Positions 47,201 to 59,654 of a stretch of DNA of 62,077 bases are shown here, piece after piece. Every line of letters begins with the position of its first letter. Within the stretch, counting starts at the first letter, position 1. Made by a program: the position numbers and the translations under genes. This stretch comes from Catajapyx aquilonaris (lineage: Eukaryota), in the NCBI GenBank assembly GCA_000934665.2, contig JYFJ02002159.1:1-62077 (forward strand). The letters are read 5' to 3'. The notes below the pieces were generated by a model. That model ran no database searches and was not told the DNA's origin. It saw only the letters and a list, made by a program, of their open reading frames with translations.

Positions 47201-48826
47201 TTTATTCTCACTCTTGACTAATTTTTGATTAAGAAAATGTGTGGTTGTCCACACCAATAGGGAATTTCGCATATTAAAAAAAGTTTAATGGGCTGATATG
47301 GGCCTCCTTGAGTAAATGGTGTGTGATGTGCACCTCTTGAATTGTTCACCATTCCTTGTATCACAAGGTGTGTGAGGAGAGGCAATTTTGGGCTACATTA
47401 GAATGATGGTAATCATCATGAGGAAGTTGCTAGGCTAAGTAAGAAGTATCAGATACTATTCTGTGGGAAGGATGATGACACCCGAGATATGACTAGGCGT
47501 GTGGGACAGCTGAGGTTGCAGCTGAAATGAAGTTCCTTCACTGTTCCCGCCTACACTGTGAATGTTGTAAAACTTTGATCTTATCTGACTCCCCACTTCT
47601 AATACTATCAAAGGAATATGTCTCCTTGTTACAACATACTGTATTTTCATTAAATTTTCACACAGTTGTGAATGTGGCCATGAGTGTCATGCATATTCAG
47701 AGATTAAAGAATGCTCCACCATGCTTGACATTATGGAACTTCCATAACAAAATAGGTATTAGGTGTAGAGAAAAGAGGAGGCTGTGTAGAATTTCCAATT
47801 TTGCACAATTGCGCATGTTCCACATGACATGCTACTTTCATGAAGTTTGTGATGACTACTGTCCAAGTCTACACACCAGCAATGGAAACATTCTATAGAT
47901 ACAGTATTACGCTTTGGATTGTTTTCTCCAGTAACCAGTTTAAGAAGTGCAAGTGACTCTGCCCCTGATTGTTGCTTCCAACGTGTTACTTTTAACTGGT
48001 TCATGGGAATGTATTCATCCTTTTCTTGCTTAGTGGACTTGGACAGTCCACCACCTGATATGATCATTTGCATCCCTTATGGGCTTGTACACACGTTATC
48101 ACATTTTCTCACATTTGGATCTCCCTTCATCGCTGACTACCCCTCATAGGGAAATGTCGTGATGTTGTTGTTGTTGTTGTTGTTGGAGGAATGGGTCACT
48201 TTATGTTGAACTTGAACAACCAAAAATATGTAAAATGTGAGGTACACTCACTCATGTCATGAGATAGGAAATGTTCAGAATGACCAAATTACAGCATGAA
48301 AATTACAGCTACTCCTGTTGTTTGGAATAAGCACATTGTATCATTTGCACAAAATAATTTGAACTCAACAATAAATTCTACCCAGCTGCAACATGAAGCT
48401 GAATCTGGACTACCTCCTGGAGCAGATATGGGAGCACCTGGCCTTGATTAGGGTCTACACCAAAAAACCTGGTCAGCCACCAGACTTTGATGATGGACTG
48501 ATCCTTAGAAGGGGCTGCACTGTCGAACATGTTTGCCACACCATCCATCGGACCCTAGCAGCAGTCTTCAAATATGCTCTTGTTTGGGTGAGTATAAGGG
48601 TAGGTGAAGAATAAGCAAGAACACTAGGGATAGAAGTCACTTCTAGAAATTAGGCACCAGCAAAGCCAATATAAACAGTGAAAATGGCAAGCAACTTGAA
48701 CAGATGGCTTTTGCCACCACTATCACCCAGTAGCATTTCACTTACATTCTCTCAGTGTTTCCAAATGGGGTGGATCACAGCAGCAACAGGTGGGAAAGAA
48801 ACGTCACCACAGCCACATTAAGGGGG

Positions 48827-48868
<42 letters not shown>

Positions 48869-49303
48869 TCATACCCCGTTATCAGCTGGCGGCTCTTTAG
48901 GAGGGGGGTTGATCCCAATTTTGTTTTGACTGGAACTCTTTGCTTTCATTTACTTTGCTTTTTGGGATAGGATAGGGATGGAAGAAAGCGGCTGTGGGAA
49001 ACCACAGAAAGCCACGGTTAGGATTGCCGGCCCCGGGGCTTGAACCCAGGACCTCCCGATTAGCAGTCGAACACCTTATCCACTCCTCCAAACTGCTTCG
49101 GTTTAAGGGGGTATTATGTGGGTGGCTGGTGAACTTGCCTCTATCTCTCGCCAGTTGTAATATCCTGGTGCACAAATTAACAAAATGTTTGAAACGTTTT
49201 TTTTTTTCTTCCACAGGGAACAAGCACAAAATATTCACCTCAGAGGGTTGGAATACATCATGTCATGAATGATGAGGATGTAATTCGTGTTGTTAAGAAG
49301 TGA
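44288..49303 (+). CDS. DRG2: Developmentally regulated GTP-binding protein 2; exons 44288-44351, 44482-44639, 46020-46334, 46777-47042, 48386-48587, 49217-49303 (363 aa)
   Basis: [29 protein letters not shown]1 [28 protein letters not shown] and a TGS domain. The MGILE start and the KSGDAR/KGRGRQ residues are DRG2-type. Confidence 0.96.
44882..45960 (-). mobile_element. Sola-like DNA transposon derivative in DRG2 intron 2
   Basis: GAGGG...CCCTC termini with AATT duplication (44878-44881 and 45961-45964); decayed minus-strand coding remnants ([22 protein letters not shown]) resembling Sola transposase segments. Confidence 0.65.
47063..47167. mobile_element. PIF/Harbinger-type MITE
   Basis: TTA TSD; TIR GGGCCGGTTTCACCAAGCC / GGCTTGGTGAAACTGGTCC. 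Confidence 0.8.
48120..48185 (+). mobile_element. Severely 5'-truncated copy of the RTE-like element (3' tip only)
   Basis: Identical to the 3' end at 2881-2940, including the (TTG)n tail. Confidence 0.75.
48830..49102 (-). mobile_element. tRNA-derived SINE (family A), second copy, in DRG2 intron 5
   Basis: Reverse complement matches the head and body of 11974-12270; (ATT)n tail; 12-bp TSD TTAAGGGGGTAT (48818-48829 and 49103-49114). Confidence 0.9.
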
Positions 49304-49545
49304 AACTTGTATTGTTGTTACATAAAAGAGGGAGTTTATAAATACCGTCCAAGAGTTCATTTAATGCGAGTCACATTGCCATGTTTTCATGTATTCCGTA
49401 ATGTTTCAGTAACCATTATCACATAGTGAAGTGCATTTGTCTATGATGAATGTTAGAAGAATTTTTTCCAAAAATCAAGAGCATGGGGCATCCATCTTTT
49501 TCTCCCAAGCAGTAAATTGATCTAAGCTCGTTGTTGTTTTTTTAT

Positions 49546-49900
49546 TACAAGGGAGAATCAGAAAGTAATTGAAATCTTTTTTAATTCAGAAGTTTCACTG
49601 GAGAAACTGAAACTGAGACATACGTACATATGAAAGGGCAAGTCTTCCTCTAATTTTAGTCATAGTCACCATACACTTGAGGGCATTTGTCCCAGTGGGA
49701 CATTAGTTTTTCTATACCCCTGCAGAAAAAAGCGTTGGGCTGGGTGGTAAGCCAGTGGGTGATGGCCTCTTTCACATCCTCCATGTCACTGAAGTTCTGA
49801 CCTGCCAGGTGCTTCTTCATTGGTCCAAAGAGATGGTAGACCCTGGTTAAAACCATCTCTTTGGACCAAAAAAGAAGCTGCTGGCAGGTCAGAACTTCAC
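49546..49900 (-). mobile_element. Mariner transposase 3' fragment with terminal repeat
   Basis: ORF 49656-49856 YHLFGPMKKHLAGQNF...FFCRGIEKLMSHWDKCPQVYGDY is a mariner C-terminus. Confidence 0.85.
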
Positions 49901-49927
49901 CGTGGGTGGTAAGCCAGTGTGGGATGC

Positions 49928-50538
49928 TACGAGATGTCTAAAGTTTTGTTCTTACCATAGTTTGTTTCGATATGAGCTTCATTTGTCGCTCGACAGATAG
50001 AAAAGGCGGTAATCGATGTTGTGCCTAACCTGCTCAATGATAACTGGAGTTACCGTTGAAATCCTATCCTGTAGGTGCTGGAGATGATGGGTCTTTACAC
50101 CACACACATTGTTCTTGATGATGCACATAAAAAGTCGCCTCATCCATGAAACAAAAACCTGCCATAGGACAGTTTCATTGGTTCACACCCCCCTCTGTGC
50201 GAAGTCTTGAATGAGAAGTTTCCCAATGCCTAGCCCTCCCAGAAGCCCAGATCTTACCTATATTGACTTTTTTGTGGAAACATGTGTATGGTGAAGAGTC
50301 TGGCATCTCCATCACATATGGGAAAAGATTGCAATGGTAATGCCAGACATGCCTGAGCGGGTTAGGCAAGACACCGATTACCGTATTTAAATTTTCCGAG
50401 CGACAAATTGAAACTAACTATGGTAAGAACAAAACTTTAGACATATCGTAGCATTTCAACACCTAAATCATTAACATATGTCTAGAAGTTTTCGAGCTAT
50501 AGGTTTTTAAAATGGGACATTCTTTTTCGATGACCCTG
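49928..50538. mobile_element. Tc1/mariner-like remnant with inverted ends
   Basis: 49928-49995 is an inverted repeat of about 50395-50455; the element ends CCCTG-TA; same family as 5118-5262. Confidence 0.55.
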
Positions 50539-50644
50539 TACTGCAGTACCCACTTTTTCAAGTGCATGTATAGCGCTCGAGCTTATTTGTCTTCTCTTGA
50601 TAATGTCCTGAGCTCCTGCCTCACAAATATTTTCAGCAGATTTT

Positions 50645-50744
50645 GGGTGGAATTTTCGTCCCACTGCTAACTTAGCAGTACCAGAGTGTTGGCAATGGTA
50701 CTGCTAAGTTAGCAGTAACTAGCAGTGGGATGAAAATTCCACCC
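50645..50744. mobile_element. Palindromic MITE (related copy at 57781-57887)
   Basis: GGGTGGAATTTTCGTCCCACTGCTA / TAGCAGTGGGATGAAAATTCCACCC. Confidence 0.8.
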
Positions 50745-51634
50745 ATTGACTCAAGTAAAAGTCACTTGGTATCGAGTGTGGACTGTGAAGGGTGATCAAA
50801 GGTGTCCCACATGAACCCACTGCAAATTAATGGTGTATAACAATGTCTGACTGCACTTCGCACTCCTACCAAAGCATTAATCGAAGTCTCAAGCAGGTCA
50901 AAGTGGGACCAAGACCTTGCAGCAAATGACCTTGTTTTGCCATCAGCAGAAAATCTCTGGGAGGCAACAGGTTTTCACACCTAAAACATGTCTTACAGCA
51001 TCCTCTTTTCAATGCTTGAGCCAAACATTTCACTTTTTTGATATGAGAAAATGCTGTCTAAATTCTGTCACATGGGAATCTCCAGAATGGACAGTGCATG
51101 CACGTAAGGAGGCATGGAGGGAACATGAGTTTGCCTGTGGCCAATCAGATATGTGGCTGCCTTATTTCCATGTGCATGTCTCAAAAATTCACTGATTCAC
51201 AGTCAGCAGGGAGTCAGGCACTAGCCAAAAATAATGGGACACATGGTGGTAACATTTGCAGGAAAAGAATGGTAAGATCCAAAATAAAATCACCAATACC
51301 CCTGTGACAGAAGTTAAGATTGCTTTTGGTCTTGGAGATGTCTTCCATCTTTTGAAACAGTTTAGCTGCTTTCAGGCTGCATGTGAGATTAATCTGACAT
51401 AAATCTGGGGAGTTTACATGTTCAGCCCACGTTGATCCTTTTGCTCTTTCCTGACATCAGGGTCCAGAGCTAAATGTTGTGTGGCATCATCACGGTCAAG
51501 GCTCGCATGTCTTTGTTTACAATACAAAATTGGCTGAATCACTCCAATAAAACTGAGAGCCAAATTTTCTCAGTAACACTGACTTACCTTGAGCTGTTTC
51601 ACAGTTTGTCCCAAAATGAGTCATTGGGTGGGTG

Positions 51635-52322
51635 TGTGATCAGGTCTTGACTAAGGTCTGGGGACGGAAGTCTGTGGTTTTACTGTAGCTGTGGGGACCA
51701 GTTCCAATTGTGGGGACATTTGTCGGTCCCCACAGTCTCACACACGCGAAGTGTACCATTACAGTGGGGACATGTGTAAATTAGTGGGGACATGTCCCCA
51801 CTATTTTCATTTGTAGGGTTTCACAAAAGTCCATTTTTCTCAGCCTAGGTTACTTAGGGTACGGTAGGTTAGGTTAGGTTTGGTTAGGTTAGATCAGTTT
51901 ACACTCGCAGTGAAAAGTGATCAATGTCCGTCCCCACGCCTTAGTCAAGACAAGAGTGTGTGTGAGTGTGATCAGGTCTTAACTAAGGTCTGGGGACGGA
52001 AGTCTGTGGTTTTACTGGAGCTGTGGGGACCAGTTCCAATTGTGGGGACATTTGTCGGTCCCCACAGTCTCACACACGCGAAGTGTACCATTACAGTGGG
52101 GACATGTGTAAATTAGTGGGGACATGTCCCCACTATTTTCATTTGTAGGGTTTCACAAAAGTCCATTTTTCTCAGCCTAGGTTACTTAGGGTAGGGTAGG
52201 TTAGGTTAGGGTAGGTTAGGTTAGGTTAGATCAGGTTAGGTTAGATCAGGTTAGGTTAGATCAGTTCACACTCGCAGTGAAAAGTGATCAATGTCCGTCC
52301 CCACGCCTTAGTCAAGACAAGA
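51635..52322. repeat. Tandem dimer of a 332-bp TIR-bearing element with internal TTAGG repeats, embedded in (GT)n
   Basis: Two nearly identical units (period 332 bp); 25-bp inverted repeats GTCTTGACTAAGGTCTGGGGACGGA / TCCGTCCCCACGCCTTAGTCAAGAC; many GTGGGGAC motifs; TTAGG runs. Confidence 0.9.
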
Positions 52323-52472
52323 GTGTGTGTGTGCGTGTGTGGGTGGGTGTGTTATGATATCATTCAGGGACATGGAGTTGCTAAGAATCATCAAGTAAAG
52401 GAGTATAAATAAAAAGATGCTTTATAAACTTTACACAAAGGAGGCAGATTTAGGGAATGTGTAAAATACTGT

Positions 52473-54693
52473 TCATCCATTGTTGGCAGTCTGCATCATC
52501 TCAGCAATGAGGAGAATCTTGGTTGCCTTAACACACACTGTCGGGTCTTCAGCATGTGCCAGAGATCGGAGGTAGTCACCATGAGCTGCTCCCAGTGCTT
52601 CTGGTGTCACCAGACTCCATCGAAGGAACCACTCCAGCAAAAGGAGAGCCTTTATTTGAACAGCCACTTCATTTGAGACAAGTAGCTTCGACTTGAGGTG
52701 CTGCAGGATACTGCACATGTTCAGCTCTGAACACCTGAAAAATTTATGGCATATAAATTATAAACAGGTCCTCGACTGCTGGCCCATGAAAAAGAGGGGA
52801 ATGAGAAGGTTCTACTCCAAAACCATTTTCAATCACTGAAATAGACTAGTAGAGAAAATGGGGTGATGCCATTGCAACATTCAAGGGCGTGATTACCTCT
52901 TGCACATTTCCTGTAGTTCAGAACGTGGCACAGGCACGGTACAGTCTTGAGGGCAGAAAGCATCAACCAACTGGCGTTCCTGTGAGTCATCTCCATTGGC
53001 TGCTGACTGGTCGAGAGAATCAGTAGAGACTGAACTTGCTGACAGGTCAAGCTGAGGCTGGTAAGCTCCAGGGCTGCCGTCAGCCCAGTCCCACCCACCA
53101 CCAGGCCGACCTGCAACATGCTGACGTATGGGCTGAGCCACTGCAGCTCCTGGTGAAGCTCCTGGGCCATCTTCCTCCATTGGTGCCACTCTAACTGGTT
53201 CATACATCCCCACTGGTGTTTCCAAGACTTGCCTGACAGCATCATTTTTACTATCTTCTGAACTTAGCATATGTTCCAGGAGATCAACCACTTTGTCTGT
53301 GACAGTACCTGTGAGTGAGGTGGACTCTTGTAGCCTGTTTTCATCTAGCATGAGGTATTGACACCACAAATAGAGTGCTTACCTTCTCTATTAATTGGTG
53401 ATGACCCAAATCCCTCGTACTTGCCCCTGTTGCCCGAACTTGAACCCATTCCACCCTGGAAAGGTCTTCCAGGGATTGTCTGACCTCCTTCCAATTCCCG
53501 CTCCATTGATTCAGGGTCAAATAATGCCAACAACAGGTCCTAGAAGGGATACCTCCTGTTACTTGCATTGTGCTACTTTATAACTTGAAGGAAGGATTCA
53601 GTCATTTGGCAAGTTGGGCTCCAAAATTCAGAAAAGCATTCATTCCAAATCTTGCCAGCAGTTTCTGAATTTGACGACACATAAGCATATATCATTAGTT
53701 TTAAGTTTTAATTCGCAACAGTATTGCCTCTCCAGTGACATCTACAGCAACTGATGACTTGCAGGCAAAGGGCAAGTGTGATTTCCTTGGTGGAACGAAA
53801 GAATTATGTCGACATTTTTCATCTCTTAGCATTACTTTGTTATCATATGCCTCCTGGCAGAAATACAGAATTTTGCCATCCTTTTTCTGCTGGCATTACT
53901 TTGTCAAAGCTGTCATTGTTTGTTTCTTATGGGAGCTGTTTTACTTATTTGCCACTAGAGCTTATGGGTTGGCACTGACTTTTTTGGGACTCATGCAGAC
54001 ACATTTTGTGCAATACCTCAAAATTTGTGCAATTGGAGACAATGGCCCTCGAACATTACTTAATGGTATTCCGCATATTAAACGTCTATATACGAACATT
54101 AGCTGCCTTCTGCACCGCCTCATATGGGACCATTCCTCTTAAGGGATCTGGTGGCCCTGCAAAGTTTGCTGCAGCTTTGATTCCAGCATCCCGAAGTCGT
54201 AAAGCTGCCCTCACTTGTTGCGGACTGCCCTGGTGCACATGAAACAGAACCTTTAACACCTTCAGTTTTATCCTGCAAGAAGGCTTCTCCAGGCGGGAGA
54301 AGAGGAAGTCCAGTACTTGGGTGCAGTTGGATGGTGAAGACAGAGCCACATCTGTGGCGAGAGATCACAACATCCATCAGCTGCATGCAAATAACGTCAC
54401 AATCACCACAATGGCAAACCTGTAATTTCCTTGTAGAGGTAGCCCGGTGTTGGTTCCTCAGTGTCAGCCGTGGCTTTGGTCAGCAAGTGAAACTGAAACA
54501 AGTTGAGGTAAGTTACTGACACACCTTCCCTACCAAAAAACTGCAGCTGTCATGCGTCATTAGCACTATATATCCATCCCAATGAGGCATCCACACTCGG
54601 GTCAACCGGCTGCCGATTTTAGCACATTAAAGGCGTGAAACGTACGTAGTTGACGAAGGCCACTTTGTTGGCAATTTCGGACATGAAGGCCAT
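52473..54693 (-). CDS. TEPSIN: Tepsin (AP-4 accessory protein, ENTHD2); exons 54646-54693, 54420-54492, 54098-54351, 53383-53539, 52897-53308, 52473-52734 (401 aa)
   Basis: Tepsin-type ENTH domain LLTKATADTEEPTPGYLYKEI...RLEKPSCRIKLKVLKVL...FAGPPDPLRG; GMG...KYEGFG linker; second VHS-like domain ERQLVDAF...QIKALLLLE...VKATKI. Phases are consistent. Confidence 0.85.
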
Positions 54694-55188
54694 GCCTGGC
54701 AGAGGGTGGGTCGCAGCCAGACGCAGCACGACGGGCTAAGAGTGGCCGCTGCCTGGTATGTTTCCTGGCATCAGGAGGCCGCCATCTTGCTTCCTCGTCC
54801 TTCCTTCCTTCCTCACCAGTCCACCTCCTCCACCCAACAACCCCCAATAACCGACCGTGTAGATCGCAGGCTGCAGGCAGGTAGGCCCCCTCAGTCATCG
54901 TCGCCGTCCGTCGTTTCTGTTGGGATAATCCCGCTGGCTGGCTGGCTGAAACACAGGGACAACCCACGCTCACTCGGGTGACCAACGCGGAGTGAGAGAA
55001 GGCACCTGGCCTACTATACAGCTTGACCACAAGAACAGGGCCTCCCTTTCCCTTGTGTCCGAAAGTTGACCCCGATTGCTACTGGTGATCATCACCTGCT
55101 GGCCTGGTCCCAAACCGTGTCGATGGTTGCAGGAGGCCTGGGCAGTCGTGGTGGGCCAGGCATGGGCCCACAGGTCAGGTAGTGTGGG

Positions 55189-57522
55189 ATGACAACGGGT
55201 GTGCAGGACGCATCAGCCAGGATCATGGCCGGAGTGGAAACGGGGGCTGCCCCACCACCACCACCACCAGTGTCAACCACCACCCTGACCAGGGTCAAGC
55301 AGAACAAGCCATATGACTACCTGCTCAAGTTTCTCCTGGTTGGGGACAGCGATGTGGGGAAGCAGGAGATTCTCGGCGGGCTGCAGGATGGCAGCTCAGA
55401 GTCACCCTTTAGCAGCGGGAGTGGTCAGTTCCTGTTGCTGGACCATGATTCTGCCCTCCAACACTACCTTGTAAGCTAAGGATATTGTGAATGTCTTTTC
55501 AGCATACAAAACGACCCTGATTTTGCTGGATGGCAAGCGGGTCAAGCTGCAGCTGTGGGACACTAGTGGCCAAGGCCGCTTCTGCACCATCATCCGGTCG
55601 TATTCCCGTGGAGCACAAGGTGTGTTCCTGGTGTATGACATCACCAACAAGTGGTCCTTTGGCGGGATAGATCGCTGGCTGCGTGAAGTAGACGAGCACG
55701 CACCAGGGGTCCCCAAAGTGCTACTTGGCAACCGCCTGCACCTGGCTTTCAAGCGCCAGGTGGGGTGGGAAGAGGCTGTGCAGTACGCACGAAAGCATCG
55801 CATGGCCTTCTTTGAGGTCAGCCCCTTGTGTGACTTTAATGTCACGGAGAGTTTCTCAGAGCTATCCAGGCAGGCTTTGCAGAGGATTGGGATGGAGAGA
55901 CTGCTTGGACTGAACAAAGGTCAGTAAGATTCATCATCATTTTTCGGCCTTTCACTTGCTCTGACTTTTGTTGCTTTTAATTAATTTTTTTTCTGGATGT
56001 TAGCTAGTTCATTGCAATATAAATGTTGTCAATGGGAGCTTGCAGTGCACGATGAACTTTTTTGATACTTGATCATCAAAATGTCTGCAGATTATTTTGA
56101 GGTTTGAGAGATCCATCCATCCATCCATCCATCCACCCACCATCCCTGGGCTGTGACTGAACTGTATCGAACACTCCCACCAGGAATTGGGCATCTCTAC
56201 ACTTCCACTTCATTTATGTAACCATCTACGATGAAATTCATTTCATAAAATGGCCCACATTGTGTGAACAATATGAACAGTTATAATTATGTTACAAATG
56301 TGTAGTTTGTGCCAATTGACATGGTACTTGTTTAACAACTGGCTGGCCAACGTTACTGTGGGGAACCCCGAGAGGTGATATACTATATGCCATTGGTGCT
56401 GCCAGGGCATAGGTCAGGGAAGTTTAGGCTTGGTCACAGCAACCATCCATCCATAGAAACCAGTTCCCTGATTCTGGGACCCACATACCCATACATACCC
56501 ACCCACACACACATCTGTCCATCAATATACAGTATATTGAAAGTGTATCTCACGGATGTCACAGACCACAACTGTCGAGGATGAGGCCAACTTGTGCCAG
56601 TCTCAACTGAATGAACCCAATAACACAACCATATATACCTGGGTCTCGGGTATGTAACTTTGATTTCAGGAATTAAAGTGTAGGTTTGTAGTGCAGGTAG
56701 TCCATGTAGTGCTTGCAGGTTAAAAAGCTATGCATTCTTATCTGACCTGCTCCTTAGCATGTGTTGTCAGACACTTGTTCTGCTTTTCATACGATTTTGC
56801 AAAGTTAATGCAGGACTTGAGTTAGGAATAAGATAATATTATAAACAGAAAACCATCCTGTGTGACTTCTGATGCTGAGCACCACCATCATAACTAGTTG
56901 GTTTACAAGTGAATCCATGATTGTAGTGCATTACATGCTTCTGGACTATGAGAGTGGGGACATGGCTCTGTTTTTAATATGAACACAAAACTGACAAGCT
57001 ACTTCTCCGATATATTATTGCTTATGTTATTTTTACAATGGCCATGTGATCATCAACTTCCTGCAATAGGATTAGAGACACAGAGACCAAATTAGACCTC
57101 CTGACATCCTAAAACCATGCCTTGTGATCATTCTTTTTGGGAATTTCCATCAAATCCAAAGTTCATTCGAATTCATAACCTGTGTCCCTTTTTAACGAAA
57201 AACTTGAGAGAACTCATAATGTGTGTTTCTTTTTCTAGTGTTCACGCTGCAGGAGCTGTGCTGCAGGGCAATAGTGGCAAGCACCAGTGTGTACGACATT
57301 GACCGTCTGCCCCTCCCAACATACATCAAGTCTTACCTGAAGTCATATGCTGCAACCTGTGCTCCTCGTCTGCCCCCTACCTACTCCTCCGCATCTACCA
57401 TTTCCAATCCTGCACATCATCACCGGCACCATTTGGTGGGGCGCAGGACCCCAAAAATCCTCACCCCTGATGATGCTGCCAGGACCAGCTGTGTCTCTAG
57501 GGACAGGTGCTCTCTCTCTTAA
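55189..57522 (+). CDS. Rab40: Rab40 GTPase with SOCS box; exons 55189-55423, 55503-55919, 57239-57522 (311 aa)
   Basis: [56 protein letters not shown] box [13 protein letters not shown]...LPLP and C-terminal CSLS prenylation motif. Confidence 0.95.
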
Positions 57523-57780
57523 GGCAAACTGATACATAATCATAATTGATGAACTTCTGGGGAAAATAATGTATGTCCAACATTAAGTCTCACTTCGTTG
57601 CGCTGCTGTCTGTATGTGTTTACTTCTATTGTAATTAGTTTCCATTTGGATGCAATTATTTTTCGGGATATTTACCATCATCATCATCATTGCAATTGCC
57701 AGGGATTGCTGATTACCTGAAATAATCAGTACGCTATGCAGAACAATTTTGTGAATTTCATCGAGAAGCTACAATACATT

Positions 57781-57887
57781 AGATTGAATTTTTGTCCCAC
57801 TGCTAGTTACTCTAACTTAGCAGTACCCCTGCCAACACTGGTACAGCTCAGTTAGCAGTAAGTAGCAGTGGGACAAAAATTCAACCC
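57781..57887. mobile_element. Palindromic MITE (same family as 50645-50744)
   Basis: TTGAATTTTTGTCCCACTGCTA / TAGCAGTGGGACAAAAATTCAA. Confidence 0.75.
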
Positions 57888-57909
57888 GTTGTAACTACAC
57901 ATGGAGTTA

Positions 57910-58113
57910 AGCCGCGTTTACATGTGAGCGATCTGACGAGTGAAGTCTTTAGCCAGCGACAACATTGCTGAGTAACCTGAGTAACCAGTATTGTTTGAGG
58001 TGAAAGTAACAATCGATTTTCGCCTAAAACAATATTGGTTACTCGGGTTACTCAGTGATGTAATCGCTCGGTTAAGACTTCGCTTGTCAACTTGCTTACA
58101 TGTAAATGTGGCT
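57910..58113. mobile_element. Long fold-back MITE (Harbinger-like); related fragment at about 31110-31230
   Basis: AGCCGCGTTTACATGT / ACATGTAAATGTGGCT ends with imperfect self-complementarity over about 95 bp. Confidence 0.7.
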
Positions 58114-59504
58114 TGCAGATGTGTTTTCAAGCCTGCAAGAATTTGTTGTAGCAAAAGCGTGAGTGAGAACACGAAGCCATTTCATTCACCCAATTAGTCT
58201 CTTCACTTGTCACTCCTGCTGAAAGTCTCAAATTCACTCCAAAACTCTGGTTCCTGTGAGCTTGGGAACCTACCTTTAGTTTGCATATATTTAGAATGGT
58301 TACTTTGGGAACTAGGAACACTTTTGTATCAAGTATGCAGTCATGGAAATCATGCTCTGTGTGCTTTTTTCATATGTTTAGGTTACTGAAATACACAAGT
58401 TGTAACTCAAGCCAAGTAGCTTGAAGGGTACATTGCATTGGGTGCTGAACCAGTGCTCAGAGAACATAGTTCTAAAATTTTTTTGTCATGGGTGCATTCT
58501 TACTTGTTGTTTAGTACTCGGGCACTAGAAAAGGCGACCTCTTATAATGAGAGCTACTCAACCTGGTAATGAAGCTTTTAAAACTTAAATATCCCAGTTA
58601 CATGAAGTTGCATTAGTACATGTGGAGTTGTTTTCGCCCCCTGTAATTCATCTGGTGTAATTGGACATCATTGTTTTTCTTGGAATATCGTCAATTAATG
58701 TCTGCTACTTTCTTACATGATTGGTCACTTATATGGTATGGCAGCTTTTTGCTCTCCACTGGGAGTTGTTTTGTACCAGGACTAGTTTTTAAATAGATAC
58801 GTTGACTTTGACCCAACATTAGGGCATATTTACAGTGTTGACTTTTTATGTACACTTCATAGGCCCATAGAGATTGAATAACACAAGCTCAAACAAGGCG
58901 TCCAATTTTGTGAGAGAAGACAGATGCATGTGGGCCAAGTTTTTGCAAGGTTGCCAAACCGTAGCTTTCACTTTTCCAGACTTTTTCACCTCCTCACCAA
59001 AAAGATGCTCAAATGTCTTATGAACATCAGTTATTTTCTCCAAATGATTGCATTAAAATTTTGTCCCTCATGTACATCAAAGCGAGGCCAAACATTTAAA
59101 AACTGGTTCCTTCCAATCGCTCATGATTTGACAAAAAATAAAACAATCCTGCCGACTGCTAGTTTGCAATCATAGCTTGCAATAGTTGCATATTTTTTCA
59201 TCATCAAAGAGAGCTACATGGAAGTTACATGCCTTGCCTGTAATATTTTAAGGGACAGAGGACATTAGCATGTTTAACAAATTGTCGCATTATCCTTTCC
59301 CTCATTTGTGGTCCTAACTTGACTGTTAATATTGTACAGTAGGGATTAGAATATCAGTGGGTTTGATTATTGTTTTTATTCGTTTGGTCAGTCGAGAGCC
59401 ATAGGCAGTGAATTATTTGACAGTTGTAAAATGTAGTTTGTTGAGTCCACCTTTGTGGCACAAACTATTTTTTTACCTGGGATGGGGAATGTGTCTGAGG
59501 CTGG

Positions 59505-59654
59505 AATAAAATATTAATACCAGTTCATGTGCAAATTATTAACCCTCTGCCACTTTTTTTGAAGGTTCCAATAAAAGCACCTAATTAATTACCATAAATT
59601 TTTATTAGCATCAATAGTACGTTACTGTTGGACATCTAAAACACCCTCTTTATT
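59505..59654. terminator. Tail-to-tail polyadenylation signals, candidates for Rab40 (+) and GID4 (-)
   Basis: AATAAA at 59505 and 59570 (+); TTTATT at 59601 and 59649 (AATAAA on the minus strand). T-rich to A-rich strand bias switches here. Confidence 0.45.

Noticed and set aside
51850..52262. True telomere or chromosome fusion site
   Set aside because: The TTAGG runs are short, degenerate, single-orientation and internal to a repeated element between two genes.
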